DNA of 64,000 nt from assembly GCA_050250895.1 (NCBI GenBank), contig JBFWNU010000001.1:2948891-3012890 (forward strand), read 5' to 3'. How positions within the stretch are numbered: position 1 is the first letter of the stretch; every line of letters starts with the position of its first letter. Shown piece after piece: positions 62,435 through 64,000 of the stretch. Both the position numbers and the translations under genes were made by a program. The DNA comes from Vulcanimicrobiota bacterium (GTDB taxonomy: Bacteria > Vulcanimicrobiota > Xenobia > Xenobiales > JADMJV01). A model generated the notes under the pieces. That model searched no databases and was not told the DNA's origin. It was given only the letters and a program-made list of their open reading frames with translations.

Positions 62435-64000
62435 TTGCCGACTGCCTCCGGCCATATCGATCTTCGCCTGCGAAACCGGGGTCGGGTCCTTTATCTGGCC
62501 GCTCACCCTGACGACGAGAATCCGGCGCTACTGGCCTACTGGTCGTTCCACAAACGCTACCAGACCGCCTATCTGTCGCTGACCCGCGGCGAGGGGGGCC
62601 AGAATCTGTTGGGTCCGCTATTGGGCGAACCGCTGGGCCTGATTCGCACCCACGAGTCCGAGGCGGCCGGACGGATCGACGGGGCCCGGCGATATTTCAC
62701 ACGGGCCAGCGACTTCGGTTATAGCAAGCACGCCCAGGAGGCACTGGACAGCTGGCGCCCACTGGGCGTGCTGGAAGACATCATCGCCGTGCTGGCCGAG
62801 TTTCGACCTCAGGTCGTGGTCAGCCGGTTTTCACCCGAGCCCGCTCCCACCCACGGGCACCACACCGCCGCCGCGCGCCTGGCCCTGGAGGCCTTCGAGG
62901 CGGTGGCCAACCAGCCGTGGGCGCCGCGACGCCTGGTCTGGAATCGGTTTGGCCCTCCCGGCCTGGCTACCGATGTTCACTTCTACAGTCCGCTCCTGGG
63001 CAAGTCGGGGGCCGAGTTGGCCGCCGAAGCCCACAGCATGCACAAGTCTCAGGGGTTCGGCACAGCGCCGTCGCGGGGGCCTCACCTGGAATACTTCGAG
63101 CACCTGGCCGGGGTGCCCGCCGGCCGGGATTTGTTCGAAGACATCGAGGTCGGCGAGCCCCCGGTCCTTGACCTGCGTCACCCCCACCGCAGTCTCGAGC
63201 AACTCACCGATCCCGAATTGGTGGTCGATTGTCTGGGCCTGCGGTTGCGCGCCCAGGCGGCCGGGCCGCAGGTGCGCCGGGGTCCGGTCGAGGTCACCCT
63301 GTCGGCCTGCAATCCCTCGCCGGTCGATGTGCGCTGGCAGGGCCAGTGGCTGCCCTGCGGCCAAACGGTGGAACGAACCCTGCAGGCCACCGGTCCGGTG
63401 GCCTTCGAACTCGAGGTGGCGGGGCGAGCCCTGACCGTGTGGCGGACGCTCACCTACACCCGGGTCGACCCCGTGGCCGGCCAGGTGACCACCGAGGTGC
63501 TAGCGCTACCCGAGGCCAGTTTGCGCCCGCTCGATGACCTGATCCTGTTCCCGGACGCCCAGCCTCGTGCGGTCACGGTCGAACTGCGAGCCCACCACGG
63601 ACCGCTGCCGCCCGGGCGGCTGGTGGTCGGCGACCAGACCCTGGAGGTGCCGGGCGAAGGGCGCTATCCGGTGGAAGTGCCGGCGCCCTCCGCCCCCACC
63701 ACCGCCAGGTTGGCCTTCGCCGAGTTCGACCGCGATTGTATCACCATCGAGCTGCCGCCCCTGCCTCGTATGCTCTATCAGCCCGCGGCCCAGGTGCGTC
63801 TGGTTCCCCTCGAGCTGCAAACCCGCTCGCGCAGGGTGGGTTATCTGGCTGGAGCCGGCGACGCCGTTCCCGAGGCGCTGCAGCGGCTGGGCTACTCGTT
63901 GGAAACGGACCGGCTGGACACTCTGGTGGTGGGCGTGCGTGCCTTCAACGTGGCCCACTACGAGCGCGCTCGGTTGGCCGAGTTCGTCCGGCAGGGCGGC
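62435..64000 (+). CDS. PIG-L family deacetylase, long multi-domain type (3'-truncated by window)
   Basis: Frame 2 (not in the ORF track): LAAHPDDE, LTRGEGGQN, DFGYSK, HGHH and VVGVRAFN...VRQGG motifs. Confidence 0.88.
   Translation, partial: MPTASGHIDLRLRNRGRVLYLAAHPDDENPALLAYWSFHKRYQTAYLSLTRGEGGQNLLGPLLGEPLGLIRTHESEAAGRIDGARRYFTRASDFGYSKHAQEALDSWRPLGVLEDIIAVLAEFRPQVVVSRFSPEPAPTHGHHTAAARLALEAFEAVANQPWAPRRLVWNRFGPPGLATDVHFYSPLLGKSGAELAAEAHSMHKSQGFGTAPSRGPHLEYFEHLAGVPAGRDLFEDIEVGEPPVLDLRHPHRSLEQLTDPELVVDCLGLRLRAQAAGPQVRRGPVEVTLSACNPSPVDVRWQGQWLPCGQTVERTLQATGPVAFELEVAGRALTVWRTLTYTRVDPVAGQVTTEVLALPEASLRPLDDLILFPDAQPRAVTVELRAHHGPLPPGRLVVGDQTLEVPGEGRYPVEVPAPSAPTTARLAFAEFDRDCITIELPPLPRMLYQPAAQVRLVPLELQTRSRRVGYLAGAGDAVPEALQRLGYSLETDRLDTLVVGVRAFNVAHYERARLAEFVRQGG

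Overview
High-GC bacterial chromosomal window. The expanded paralogous families loosely suggest Vulcanimicrobiota/Ca. Eremiobacterota, but that is inference only. Left arm (1-16.4 kb): [NiFe]-hydrogenase maturation genes hypF-C-D-E, an array of GGAG-linked hairpins, a degenerate GHKL-like gene with a deleted mini-copy, a SPOR protein, a 1244-aa triple-repeat protein, an A-T-R NRPS-like enzyme resembling fungal glycine-betaine reductase ATRR, an MNT-HEPN pair and HAD/LysR genes. Centre (about 16.4-40.8 kb) is a defence island: GmrSD-Schlafen(AlbA_2) fusion, ABC/AAA ATPase with a broken partner, type I R-M (hsdRMS) followed by a DUF6602/NucC-like gene, an RqlH/RqlI-like RecQ-PRTase + DprA pair, an unrecognised nuclease / SF2 helicase / small zinc-finger operon, an IS relic, and tandem Rpn-like genes, one interrupted by a 133-bp inverted-repeat element. 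Right arm: ECF41 operon with an exact consensus promoter, VapBC modules, M28 peptidase, a beta-propeller lipoprotein, a group 3b [NiFe]-hydrogenase operon, three more GHKL-like paralogs, an orphan 7-core microviridin/marinostatin-like graspetide precursor, a CPBP-TPR protease, an ECF42-type sigma factor and a PIG-L protein running off the end. All calls come from motif recognition by eye; no searches were run.
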